A stretch of DNA of 64,000 nucleotides from an uncultured Treponema sp. (GTDB taxonomy: Bacteria > Spirochaetota > Spirochaetia > Treponematales > Treponemataceae), in NCBI GenBank assembly GCA_946410085.1, contig CAMJZA010000001.1, positions 26,797-90,796 of the forward strand, given 5' to 3'. The position numbers and the translations under genes are program-made. The notes under the pieces were generated by a model. That model was not told the origin of the DNA. It saw nothing but the letters and a program-made list of their open reading frames with translations, and ran no database searches. This document shows, piece after piece, positions 8,659 through 16,805 of the stretch (positions are counted from its first letter, which is position 1; each line of letters opens with the position of its first letter).

Positions 8659-9213
8659 TTAGGCGCCCATGTCGCGCTTGAGGGCGGAAAGAACTTCGCG
8701 CAGGCCGTCGGGAACGGCGTCCGTTTTTGTCGGGGATGATGATGAGGAGGAGGCCGCCGCTGCTCCTCCGCGCCGGCCTGCCTGTGCCAGCGCTGCTTCT
8801 TCTTTTGCAAGCCGGGTTTCAGCCAGTCCGCGGGCTTCCTCTGTGCTGTAGGACGCTCCGGTGACGGTTCCCCGTTTTCCTGCCATGCGGAAGGCCAGGG
8901 CGCGGATATCCATATTCCGGGCATACATGGAAAGTCCCCGCAGGATATAGTGCTTCCGCAGCTGCAGGAGCTCTATCCAGCCGGGATGGTCGGCTTCGAC
9001 GAGGAGGACGCCGTTCTTGAGGTCAACGATGCGGGAATGGGCGGCGAGGTTCGCCCCTTCATTGGGATTCGTACTGCTTTTTATGCTGAGCAGGATTTTA
9101 CGCCAGGCGGCGGCGGTTACGTCTGCTTTCTGCGCTTCTGCGGTATGCAGGACATCAAAGACCCCCCCCAGAATGGAGGAAATGTCCTGTATGTCGCGTT
9201 CGTCAGCAGACAT
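8659..9213 (-). CDS. DUF721 (DciA-like) domain protein
   Basis: The segment AAAWRKILLSI..AAHSRIVDLKNGVLLVEADHPGWIELLQLRKHYILRGLS matches the DUF721 pattern. I start at MSADERD (ATG 9213) because the longer ORF overlaps the upstream gene. Confidence 0.65.
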   Translation of the reverse strand: MSADERDIQDISSILGGVFDVLHTAEAQKADVTAAAWRKILLSIKSSTNPNEGANLAAHSRIVDLKNGVLLVEADHPGWIELLQLRKHYILRGLSMYARNMDIRALAFRMAGKRGTVTGASYSTEEARGLAETRLAKEEAALAQAGRRGGAAAASSSSSSPTKTDAVPDGLREVLSALKRDMGA

Positions 9214-9245
9214 GCGATGCCCCCTCCGTCCGGGCGGGCAGCAGG

Positions 9246-10148
9246 CTAGACATACACCTCTTCTTTGGAGACCGCCTTGCTGCTTGATTCTGCCTGTACC
9301 GTGCGGCAGACCCGGAAGCCCAGCGTGCTGCTTTTGCCAGCGGGTCCGCTTGCGCTGCGGAAGTAGACCGTACACTGCTGCGGGTCATCGAGCCAGCTGC
9401 CGCCGCGCTTGACGTGCGTATCACCGATGTTGGAACCGTGGGGGTTGGTCATGGCCCGGATGGGCAGGTCGCCCATGTAGTCCCAGCACCACTCGGCCAC
9501 GTTGCCGCACATGTCGTACAGGCCCAGGCCGTTCGGCTTCTTGGTTCCGACGTCGTGGGTCGTGGCATTGCTGTTCTCGCCGTACCAGGCGATTTCTCCG
9601 ATGTTGCTTCCACCGGCAAACTGGTTTATGTCCGTATCCTTGCCGCCTCGGGCCGCATATTCCCATTCGGCTTCGGTGGGCAGGCGGTAGCCGTTTGCCG
9701 TGAAGTTGCAGACGACCCGCTTCCACAGGGGGCTCTTGCTGTCAAACTTGGTCAGGTCGGTTGCATTGCCGATGCTGAAGCAGGGGGTCATGCCCTGCTT
9801 TATGCTCAGGAAGTTGCAGTAAATCAGGGCTTCGCACCAGTTTACGCATTCAACGGGCCGGTCCTTGCCGACCAGCTTGGAGGGATTGCTTCCCATGATG
9901 TATTCGTACTGCCGCTGGGTGACGGGGGTTATGCCCATCTCGAACTCGGTCAGCGTAATCTTGCGGTTGACCTCGTTCAGTCCCATCGGGAATGTTCCTG
10001 CCGCAACCAGGGCGAGTTCGGGAATGTCGCTGCTGGCGACCGCCGGTGCCGCAGCAGGACCGGCATTTCCCTGGGAAACAGGCGTACCGCAGTGCGGGCA
10101 GAACTTGAACCCGTCAGCCACATCGGCTCCACATGTACTGCAAACCAT
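9246..10148 (-). CDS. Zinc-ribbon plus formylglycine-generating-enzyme-like (FGE-sulfatase/SUMF1 family) protein
   Basis: N-terminal zinc ribbon CSTCG..CPHCG. Motifs GYRLPTEAEWEYAARGG, YDMCGNVAEWCWD and RGGSW are typical of the FGE-sulfatase domain. Confidence 0.85.
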   Translation of the reverse strand: MVCSTCGADVADGFKFCPHCGTPVSQGNAGPAAAPAVASSDIPELALVAAGTFPMGLNEVNRKITLTEFEMGITPVTQRQYEYIMGSNPSKLVGKDRPVECVNWCEALIYCNFLSIKQGMTPCFSIGNATDLTKFDSKSPLWKRVVCNFTANGYRLPTEAEWEYAARGGKDTDINQFAGGSNIGEIAWYGENSNATTHDVGTKKPNGLGLYDMCGNVAEWCWDYMGDLPIRAMTNPHGSNIGDTHVKRGGSWLDDPQQCTVYFRSASGPAGKSSTLGFRVCRTVQAESSSKAVSKEEVYV

Positions 10149-10329
10149 ATCTTGTACCTTCTTTTACTGTTATATTTTACTGCTCGAACTATATGCTTCG
10201 TATTTCCTATAGTATATCACAAGGCAGGCAAAAACAAAAGAAATTGGATTGACTTTTTTGCAAAAAGGAGGAAAATAGAGGAAAAAGGTCCGTACAAGGC
10301 GGCTTTCTATCCGAGGAGAATACAGTTCG

Positions 10330-10635
10330 ATGACCATCACCGAAGAAAAAAACGAAGCAAATGCGAATCTTATCCTTGCCATCTCAGGCAGGCTTGACAC
10401 GACCACGGCTCCCGAGCTTGAGGCAAAGCTGAAGGAAATTCCCAAGGGACTCAAGGCCCTCTTCCTGGACATGAAGGACGTCGAGTATATCTCCAGTGCG
10501 GGACTGCGCGTTGTCCTGATGGCCCACAAGATGATGGTTGCAACCGGCGGTTCCATGGCCGTCCAGAACCCGTCCGATTTCTGCCGGCAGGTCTTTGAGG
10601 CAACCGGCATGGACTCCGTGCTGAATATTATTTAG
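10330..10635 (+). CDS. STAS-domain anti-sigma-factor antagonist (SpoIIAA/RsbV-like)
   Basis: 101 aa. ISGRLDTTTAPELE...DMKDVEYISSAGLRVVL contains the conserved phosphorylatable Ser context. Confidence 0.85.
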   Translation: MTITEEKNEANANLILAISGRLDTTTAPELEAKLKEIPKGLKALFLDMKDVEYISSAGLRVVLMAHKMMVATGGSMAVQNPSDFCRQVFEATGMDSVLNII

Positions 10636-11176
10636 TGTCTGCGGGCTTCGTCCAGTCCTTTCTGGTCTGGGCGTTGCGGTTTGTCCGGCGGGTAAAGAGC
10701 AGTTCGATGAGGCTCTTTTCGTAGGGGATAAATCGGCTGTCGTCTATCATTGCGAGTATTTCATCTTTTGACGCCCAGCGGACGGCCTGTACTTCTTCCG
10801 GCTGCAGGGTCAGTGTTTCCAGATCCAGATTCTTCGTCAGCACATAGTAATCGTCAAAGCCGTGGTCCCAGCAGAGGGTCATGGTCGGACGCACGTCCGC
10901 AAGGTCAACGGCAAGACCCAGTTCCTCCCGTACTTCGCGCTCGGCGGCGGTCCGGCTCGTGTCGCCCGTTACGGCACAGCCGCCCACGCTGACGTCCCAG
11001 AGGTTTGACCAGGTTGCCTTGAAGGGCTGCCGCTGCTGGATGAGCATGCGCCCCGCCTCGTCAAAGATGCAGACATGGATGACCAGGCGGTAAAAACCGT
11101 CGGGCGTCCGCTCGCCCCGTTCCAGTGTCCTGCCGGTCTTCTGCCGGTCCGCCGTGTACAAATCAAACCGTTCCAT
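10628..11176 (-). CDS. NUDIX hydrolase
   Basis: Nudix box GGCAVTGDTSRTAAEREVREELGL. The 3' end overlaps the convergent STAS gene by 8 nt. Confidence 0.85.
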   Translation of the reverse strand: MERFDLYTADRQKTGRTLERGERTPDGFYRLVIHVCIFDEAGRMLIQQRQPFKATWSNLWDVSVGGCAVTGDTSRTAAEREVREELGLAVDLADVRPTMTLCWDHGFDDYYVLTKNLDLETLTLQPEEVQAVRWASKDEILAMIDDSRFIPYEKSLIELLFTRRTNRNAQTRKDWTKPADTK

Positions 11177-11192
11177 ACCTGCCTCCCGGATT

Positions 11193-13385
11193 CTACGCGA
11201 GCACCTTGCTCATCGTCAGGATATTCTGGCCGTCCTCATAGGCGTAGGTCACGCTGTCCATGAACTTCTTGGTCAGGAAGATGCCGAGCCCGCCGATGCC
11301 GCGGTCTTCGGCGGACAGGGTAATGTCCGGGTCCTCCCGGGCGAGCGGATCAAAGGGCTTGCCCCGGTCCTTGAAGCATATCGTGAGGCGGGGCGCCGTC
11401 TTTCCGGGCTGCCCGCCCGTCCCCTGCTGTCCTTCCCCTGCCGCCTGTGCAGCCTCATCCAGCGTACAGCTGATTTCAACCGTTCCGTCCACCGGCTTAT
11501 AGGCGTAGTGGGCGATGTTGATGTAGACCTCTTCAACCGCCAGATCGAGCTTGTTCAGGATTTCCACGGGGCAGTTTTCGGGCAGCATTGCGTGCACGAA
11601 GTCGTTGACCGGCCCCATGTTCTCGTCGGTCGCGTCAAAGATTTTCGTCTGCGAGCGGGGTCCGCCGGCCAGAGCTGCCGCCGTGCTGGTACCCGCCCCT
11701 GTCTGAGACACCCCGCTTGCCTCCGTCGCCTTGAGTGACAGCTCCAGCATCGTAATGTCGTCAAACTGGGGGGCGCTGCCGACGAACTGGTTTACGTCGT
11801 CCCGCACCGCCTCCAGCAGTTCCTTTGCAGACAGGGTCCGCCGGTTCGCCATGCAGAGGATGAGCCGGTTCTCTCCGTACAGCTCGTTTGCGGCGTTCGT
11901 TGCTTCGGTAACGCCGTCCGTATAGACGAAAATCCTGTCGCCCGGCGCCAGCTGCGTGTGGTGTTCCTTGTACTTCATTCCCTGCATGCCTGCGAGCATC
12001 AGGTTCGGCTTAACCGTCAGGTATTCCACCCGGCCCCCGTGGAAGATGACCGGCGAAGTGTGGCCCGCATTGGCAAAGACCAGGTCTCCCGTGCTGAGGG
12101 TAAGGATGCCCATCCAGCAGGTAACGAAGAGGCCCGCGTCGTTGCCCTCGCACAGCTGGTCGTTCACCTTTTCAAAGATGCGGGCGGGGCTGGACTCCTG
12201 CAGGCCCACGTTCTTGAGCAGGGTCTTGGCAACGACCATGAAGAGGGCCGCCGGAACGCCCTTGCCGCTCACGTCGCCCACGATGATGGCAAAGTGGTCG
12301 GAGTCGGTCATGAAGAAGTCGTAGAAGTCGCCGCCGACCTCCTTGGCCGGATCCATCGATGCAAACAGCTCTATCTCGGGGTGGTCGGCGTAGGGCGGGA
12401 AAATCCGCGGCAGCATGTTCGCCTGAATCTGCGTGGCAACGTCAAGCTCGGCGCTCAGGCGCTCCTTTTCCGCCGTCGCATGGGTCAGGTCTGCAATGTA
12501 CTGGTGCATGTCCACGCTCATCTGTTCCACCGCGCGGGCAAGGATGGCAATCTCGTCCCTGCCCGTGACCTTCGTGAGCAGGCCGGACAGTTCTCCCTTA
12601 TGGCGGGCAAAGCTCGCAGTTTCCTTCGTAACGAGAACGAGCGGCCTGATGAGCCGGTGATGGAGCACGAGTATATAGATGAAAACGAAGAGGACCGTCA
12701 GCAGGGCGGAAAGAATGAAGGTCATCTTGAGGTAGCGGTCTTTGAGTGCGTCCACCTCGCTCATCGGCTTGACGACGCTCAGGATGCCGACGATGCCGCC
12801 GCTGCTGTCCGCAACGGGAATGGAAGTCGTGACGTGGCCGCCCGTCTTGTTGTAGCTGAACTTGATGTAGGGCTTTCCTTCCAGCATGACCTGCTTGAGG
12901 TTGGCGATGTATTTCTCGTCGTGTTTCTTGAGGGAACTGACGCGGCCGAGGGGAATGACCTTACCGTTTACGACTTGGGGGTGCACCGTATCGTAGATGT
13001 AGGTCCGGTTCTCGAATGCGCTGTCTGGCACGGTTACGTAGATGTAGGCAAGATCGGACGTCCGGGTCAGGACGTTGAGCTTCCGGTCCGTCTCGGTCCA
13101 CGCTTCGTCCGCGGGCTTTCCGGCCGCATAGCCTTCAATGCTGTCCCCGTCCAGATAGGAAAGGGCGGTGTAGGCAATCTGCCGGGTAATCGTCTCGTAC
13201 TGCTCTTCGAACAGGGCCTTGAAGACCCGGTAGCCGATGAGCCCGTTTGCAATGCACAGGATTGCACAGAAGAGGAAGATGTACAGCGGAAGCCTGAACA
13301 TTAGGCTTGCGGGATTGAATGTCTTTGCCATTCGGGATGGATTTTCCGGCGCTTTCATGCTTCCAGTATACGGCAAACGGAACAA
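11193..13385 (-). CDS. Membrane sensor with fused HAMP, PP2C (SpoIIE-type) phosphatase and RsbW-like HATPase (anti-sigma kinase) domains
   Basis: Two TM segments flank a ~160-aa extracytoplasmic region. PP2C motifs: EVGGDFYDFF, IIVGDVSGKGVPAALFM. C-terminal GIGGLGIFLTKKFMDSVTYAYEDGQN is typical of the RsbW/SpoIIAB kinase fold. The true start may be an internal Met (13358, 13331 or 13301). Confidence 0.8.
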   Translation of the reverse strand: MFRLPYTGSMKAPENPSRMAKTFNPASLMFRLPLYIFLFCAILCIANGLIGYRVFKALFEEQYETITRQIAYTALSYLDGDSIEGYAAGKPADEAWTETDRKLNVLTRTSDLAYIYVTVPDSAFENRTYIYDTVHPQVVNGKVIPLGRVSSLKKHDEKYIANLKQVMLEGKPYIKFSYNKTGGHVTTSIPVADSSGGIVGILSVVKPMSEVDALKDRYLKMTFILSALLTVLFVFIYILVLHHRLIRPLVLVTKETASFARHKGELSGLLTKVTGRDEIAILARAVEQMSVDMHQYIADLTHATAEKERLSAELDVATQIQANMLPRIFPPYADHPEIELFASMDPAKEVGGDFYDFFMTDSDHFAIIVGDVSGKGVPAALFMVVAKTLLKNVGLQESSPARIFEKVNDQLCEGNDAGLFVTCWMGILTLSTGDLVFANAGHTSPVIFHGGRVEYLTVKPNLMLAGMQGMKYKEHHTQLAPGDRIFVYTDGVTEATNAANELYGENRLILCMANRRTLSAKELLEAVRDDVNQFVGSAPQFDDITMLELSLKATEASGVSQTGAGTSTAAALAGGPRSQTKIFDATDENMGPVNDFVHAMLPENCPVEILNKLDLAVEEVYINIAHYAYKPVDGTVEISCTLDEAAQAAGEGQQGTGGQPGKTAPRLTICFKDRGKPFDPLAREDPDITLSAEDRGIGGLGIFLTKKFMDSVTYAYEDGQNILTMSKVLA

Positions 13386-13473
13386 AAAGACAACGAATCC
13401 TGCCGGTCGCTGTATCCGGCCTTATAAACAAAAATTATCCCCCAAAACAGCCTGTTTGCGGTACAATGTCCGT

Positions 13474-14973
13474 ATGCTTCGGTATAGCCCCGCCTTCCGG
13501 TATTGCCGCGCCCTCTGTTCCGCCGTCCGCCGGCGTGTCCGCATGCGTGCCGCTGCATGCATCCTGCTCATGGCTGCAGGGGGCATGCTTTTTGCCCGGG
13601 AGAAAACCGCAGACCTGCTGCAGGGCTACCTGAACGAGAGCCTTGCCGTCAAGAAGCTGACCCTCTCGCTCAAGGACAAGATGCTGTCCAGACAGTCCGC
13701 GGGCATTACGAACGGCATTGCCGTTCAGCTTTCGTCCGGTTCAGTCGTCATAAACACGGCGGGGGACGGGGCGGTGAGCCTGCGGCCTTCTGCGAGCGTG
13801 GGCTATCCGGCGGCGAGGAACCTCACGCTCGGCGTTTCATCCAACCTTTCATTTGCGGACGGCAAGAACAAGAATTCCACAACATCCCTGTCGCTCAGCC
13901 TGGATCTGTATTCCGGGGTTATGGAAGAGCGGAACGTCGCCCTGCTCAAGGCGGACCGGTCGGTGCTGGAAGCGCAGCGGGCACTGGCGGACGGGCTCGT
14001 GAAGCAGGAACAGGCCTTTTACACGGAGCTGAAAGGCATCTTCGATGCCGCCGCCAGGCTGACGGGTGCGGAAAACACCCTCTGGGACGACCGGCTCAGC
14101 TTCCTTGAACTCAAGGTCAAGGGCTACGAAGCGGCTTCGCTCAAGTACCGGCAGGCGGAAAGCAAGGTCAGGACCGACGAGCACACCGTGTCGAACGCCC
14201 GGCGCGATCTGGAAAAGAACATCAAGGTCTTTGCCAGAAAGTGCGGGACGGACTACCCGGGGGGCGACCCGATTGACTGGCTGCCCGATGACATCCCGCA
14301 GGTGGAAGGCCTTGACATCAGCAGTTTCCGGGAGGCGGACTATACCGCCGTGGAAAAAGCCGTCTGGACGAATAAGATAAACTCGCTTGCCCGCAAGGCC
14401 GACAAGCCCTTTTCGCTTGCGGCGAACGGGGGCTACACCTTCGGCAACACGAATGCGGGCGGCAGCGGTACCGTGGACGGGGGGCTTGACCTTGCGATGG
14501 GAGGCGGGGCGCTTTCCGCCGGGGCGGGCATCAGCGTTCCCGTGACGGGAGACGACCATTCCCCGGTCTACACGATGAACCTCTCGCTCAACCCGACCAA
14601 GTTCATGACCGACCGGATTTCCCGCCGGCAGTACGGCATTGCCGAAGAGCAGGAGCTGCTGGACATACAGAGCGCGCGGGATGAATGGGAGTCCAAGGTC
14701 GTGGAAAAGCAGGAGAGCCTTGAAAATATCCTGTGGAGCCGGAAGGGCAGCGAGGACTCCTGCGAGCTGTATAGGGCGCTTGCGGCAGATACCCTCAAAT
14801 GGTACAAATCCGGCATCGTTACCGAAGGCGAGTACCGGTCTGCCGAAAGCAACCGGAAGAACTATGAGATTCAGATGACAATCAGCGACCTTGAGCTGCT
14901 CATTTACAACGCCGAGGTAAAGCTGCTGTTCGTGCGGGACGGGGAGCTTGCGCTGCTGGAGGCCGTGCAGTGA
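13474..14973 (+). CDS. TolC-family outer-membrane efflux protein
   Basis: Signal-like N-terminus MRAAACILLMAAGGMLFA, then coiled-coil/beta-barrel repeat organisation. It heads an adaptor-ABC operon. I trimmed the start from the ORF-track 13237 to the ATG at 13474. Confidence 0.7.
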   Translation: MLRYSPAFRYCRALCSAVRRRVRMRAAACILLMAAGGMLFAREKTADLLQGYLNESLAVKKLTLSLKDKMLSRQSAGITNGIAVQLSSGSVVINTAGDGAVSLRPSASVGYPAARNLTLGVSSNLSFADGKNKNSTTSLSLSLDLYSGVMEERNVALLKADRSVLEAQRALADGLVKQEQAFYTELKGIFDAAARLTGAENTLWDDRLSFLELKVKGYEAASLKYRQAESKVRTDEHTVSNARRDLEKNIKVFARKCGTDYPGGDPIDWLPDDIPQVEGLDISSFREADYTAVEKAVWTNKINSLARKADKPFSLAANGGYTFGNTNAGGSGTVDGGLDLAMGGGALSAGAGISVPVTGDDHSPVYTMNLSLNPTKFMTDRISRRQYGIAEEQELLDIQSARDEWESKVVEKQESLENILWSRKGSEDSCELYRALAADTLKWYKSGIVTEGEYRSAESNRKNYEIQMTISDLELLIYNAEVKLLFVRDGELALLEAVQ

Positions 14974-16040
14974 AAGGCAGGATCCGGGCTGTCATCATCG
15001 TGTTCTTCCTCCTTGCCGCTATCGGTGCGAGCCTCTTTTTTGCGCGGAAGTTCCTCGCGTCGGCAAAGACGGAAAAAGTAAGCTATACGGTCCGCGAAGA
15101 AACCTACGAGAACGTCATAGACATCAGCGGCACGGTGCAGGCTGCCCAGTCGCAGACCCTGCAGGCGCTTTCCGACGGAACGGTCATTGCAGTCTACGTG
15201 CAGCAGGGCGATGCGGTAAAGAAGGGGGACGTGATATTGCAGCTGGACGACACGACCCAGCGCTATAACCTTGAAAAGCACCTGCTGAACATGCAGGTGA
15301 CACGGATAAACGGTTCGGCAAAAGAGTACGAGCTGATGAAAACCGAAAAAGCCTCGCTCGAACAGAAGATAAGCGAGCGGCGGGTTACGGCGACCTTTGA
15401 CGGCATCATTGCGGCAATCAGCGCATCGGTCGGCGACTCGCTTGCGGCGAAGGATTCCATCGGAACGCTCGTGGACACTTCCTACCTGACCGCACAGGTG
15501 GAAATTGCCGAGACCGACGTGGCAAGCCTTGCGGTCGGTCAGACGGTAAGCTTTACCTTTCCCGCCTATTCCGGCGGAAAGGTGGAAGGCCGTGTCGTCA
15601 GCTGGCCTGCAATCGGCGAGACGACATCGCGGGGGGCAACGGTCGTTAAGGCGAAGCTCCGCATAGACGAATACCCGCCGGTCATACTGCCGAATTTTTC
15701 TTTTTCCGGCAAGATACAGGTCGCCCCGCCGGAGACCTTCCTGCTCGTCTCAAGCTATGCCGTCGGGCGCGAGGACGGGGCGGCATTTGTCGTCAAGAGC
15801 GGCACGGGCGAGAAGATTGCCGTCAGCGTGCAGCCATACGGGGCGGGCTACGTTAAGATTGTCAGCGGCAATGTCAGGGCGGGCGACGTGCTTGAGGCGC
15901 AGGGGACCGCTCCCAGATCCGGCATGAATCCGGCGCGGGGCGGCATGGGCGGCATGGGCGGCATGCCCGGCGGTATGGGTGCCCCCGGCATGGGCGGAAG
16001 CAACCGGAGCGGCAGCGGTTCCGGCGGGGCCCGGAGGTAG
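14970..16040 (+). CDS. Efflux periplasmic adaptor (HlyD/MacA family) with a Met/Gly-rich C-terminal tail
   Basis: N-terminal TM, then lipoyl/beta-barrel adaptor pattern (GDVILQLDD..., VEIAETDVASLAVGQ). The GTG start overlaps the tolC-like stop (GTGA). Tail: GMNPARGGMGGMGGMPGGMGAPGMGG. Confidence 0.8.
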   Translation: MKGRIRAVIIVFFLLAAIGASLFFARKFLASAKTEKVSYTVREETYENVIDISGTVQAAQSQTLQALSDGTVIAVYVQQGDAVKKGDVILQLDDTTQRYNLEKHLLNMQVTRINGSAKEYELMKTEKASLEQKISERRVTATFDGIIAAISASVGDSLAAKDSIGTLVDTSYLTAQVEIAETDVASLAVGQTVSFTFPAYSGGKVEGRVVSWPAIGETTSRGATVVKAKLRIDEYPPVILPNFSFSGKIQVAPPETFLLVSSYAVGREDGAAFVVKSGTGEKIAVSVQPYGAGYVKIVSGNVRAGDVLEAQGTAPRSGMNPARGGMGGMGGMPGGMGAPGMGGSNRSGSGSGGARR

Positions 16041-16099
16041 CGGACAGGATATGAAAAGCGTCGCAAAAAAATGCTGCCGCCGGGGTACCGGTCATAGAG

Positions 16100-16774
16100 A
16101 TGCAGGACGTCAAGCGGGTCTACGTGATGGGTGATCAGGAAGTCCATGCCCTCCGGGGCATCTCCTTTGCCATCCGGGAGGGAGAGTTTGTTTCCATCAT
16201 GGGACCGTCTGGTTCCGGCAAGTCCACCTGCATGAACATGATCGGCTGCCTGGACCGGCCGACTGCGGGCATCGTCAAGATAAACGGCCGGGAAACCGCA
16301 CTGATGGACGAGAAGGAACTGGCATACCTGCGCAACCGGACGGTCGGCTTCGTGTTCCAGCAGTACTTTCTGCTGAATTCCATGTCCGTACTGGAAAACG
16401 TCATGCTGCCCCTGCGCTATCAGGGCATCGGCAGGAAACAGCGGCAGGAGATGGCCGCGCAGGCGCTGGAAAAGGTGGGCCTTGCCGACCGGCTCGGCCA
16501 CCATCCCTACGAGCTTTCCGGCGGGCAGAAGCAGCGGGTTGCCATTGCGCGGGCAACGGTAACCCGGCCCAAGATCATCCTCGCCGACGAGCCGACCGGA
16601 GCGCTGGACTCGGCGACGGGCAAGGCGGTCCTCAAGCTCTTTTACCGCATAAACCGGACTGAAGGGACCACGGTCGTCATCGTTACCCACGATCCCCGCA
16701 TCGGGAGCATCACGAACCGCTGCATCCACATACTGGACGGCAGCATCAAGAGCGACATGCGCAGGCATGCGTGA
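16100..16774 (+). CDS. ABC transporter ATP-binding protein (MacB/LolD/FtsE type)
   Basis: Walker [10 protein letters not shown], signature [14 protein letters not shown], Walker [13 protein letters not shown]. Confidence 0.9.
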   Translation: MQDVKRVYVMGDQEVHALRGISFAIREGEFVSIMGPSGSGKSTCMNMIGCLDRPTAGIVKINGRETALMDEKELAYLRNRTVGFVFQQYFLLNSMSVLENVMLPLRYQGIGRKQRQEMAAQALEKVGLADRLGHHPYELSGGQKQRVAIARATVTRPKIILADEPTGALDSATGKAVLKLFYRINRTEGTTVVIVTHDPRIGSITNRCIHILDGSIKSDMRRHA

Positions 16775-16805
16775 AACATATAAAGCTCAGGAGGTGTGTT
16801 GAGCC

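Noticed and set aside
8344-8924. ORF-track ORFs 8344-8580(-) and 8577-8924(-).
   Set aside because: They overlap the better-supported lipoprotein frame and the DUF721 gene in other frames. They have implausible Pro/Arg/Gln-rich sequences.
13237-13473. The N-terminal extension of the TolC-like ORF. The same applies to 34757-34822 of the RSH ORF and to 9214-9375 of the DUF721 ORF.
   Set aside because: These extensions overlap the promoter region or the neighbouring gene, and their sequences are not protein-like. Downstream Met codons give sensible N-termini.
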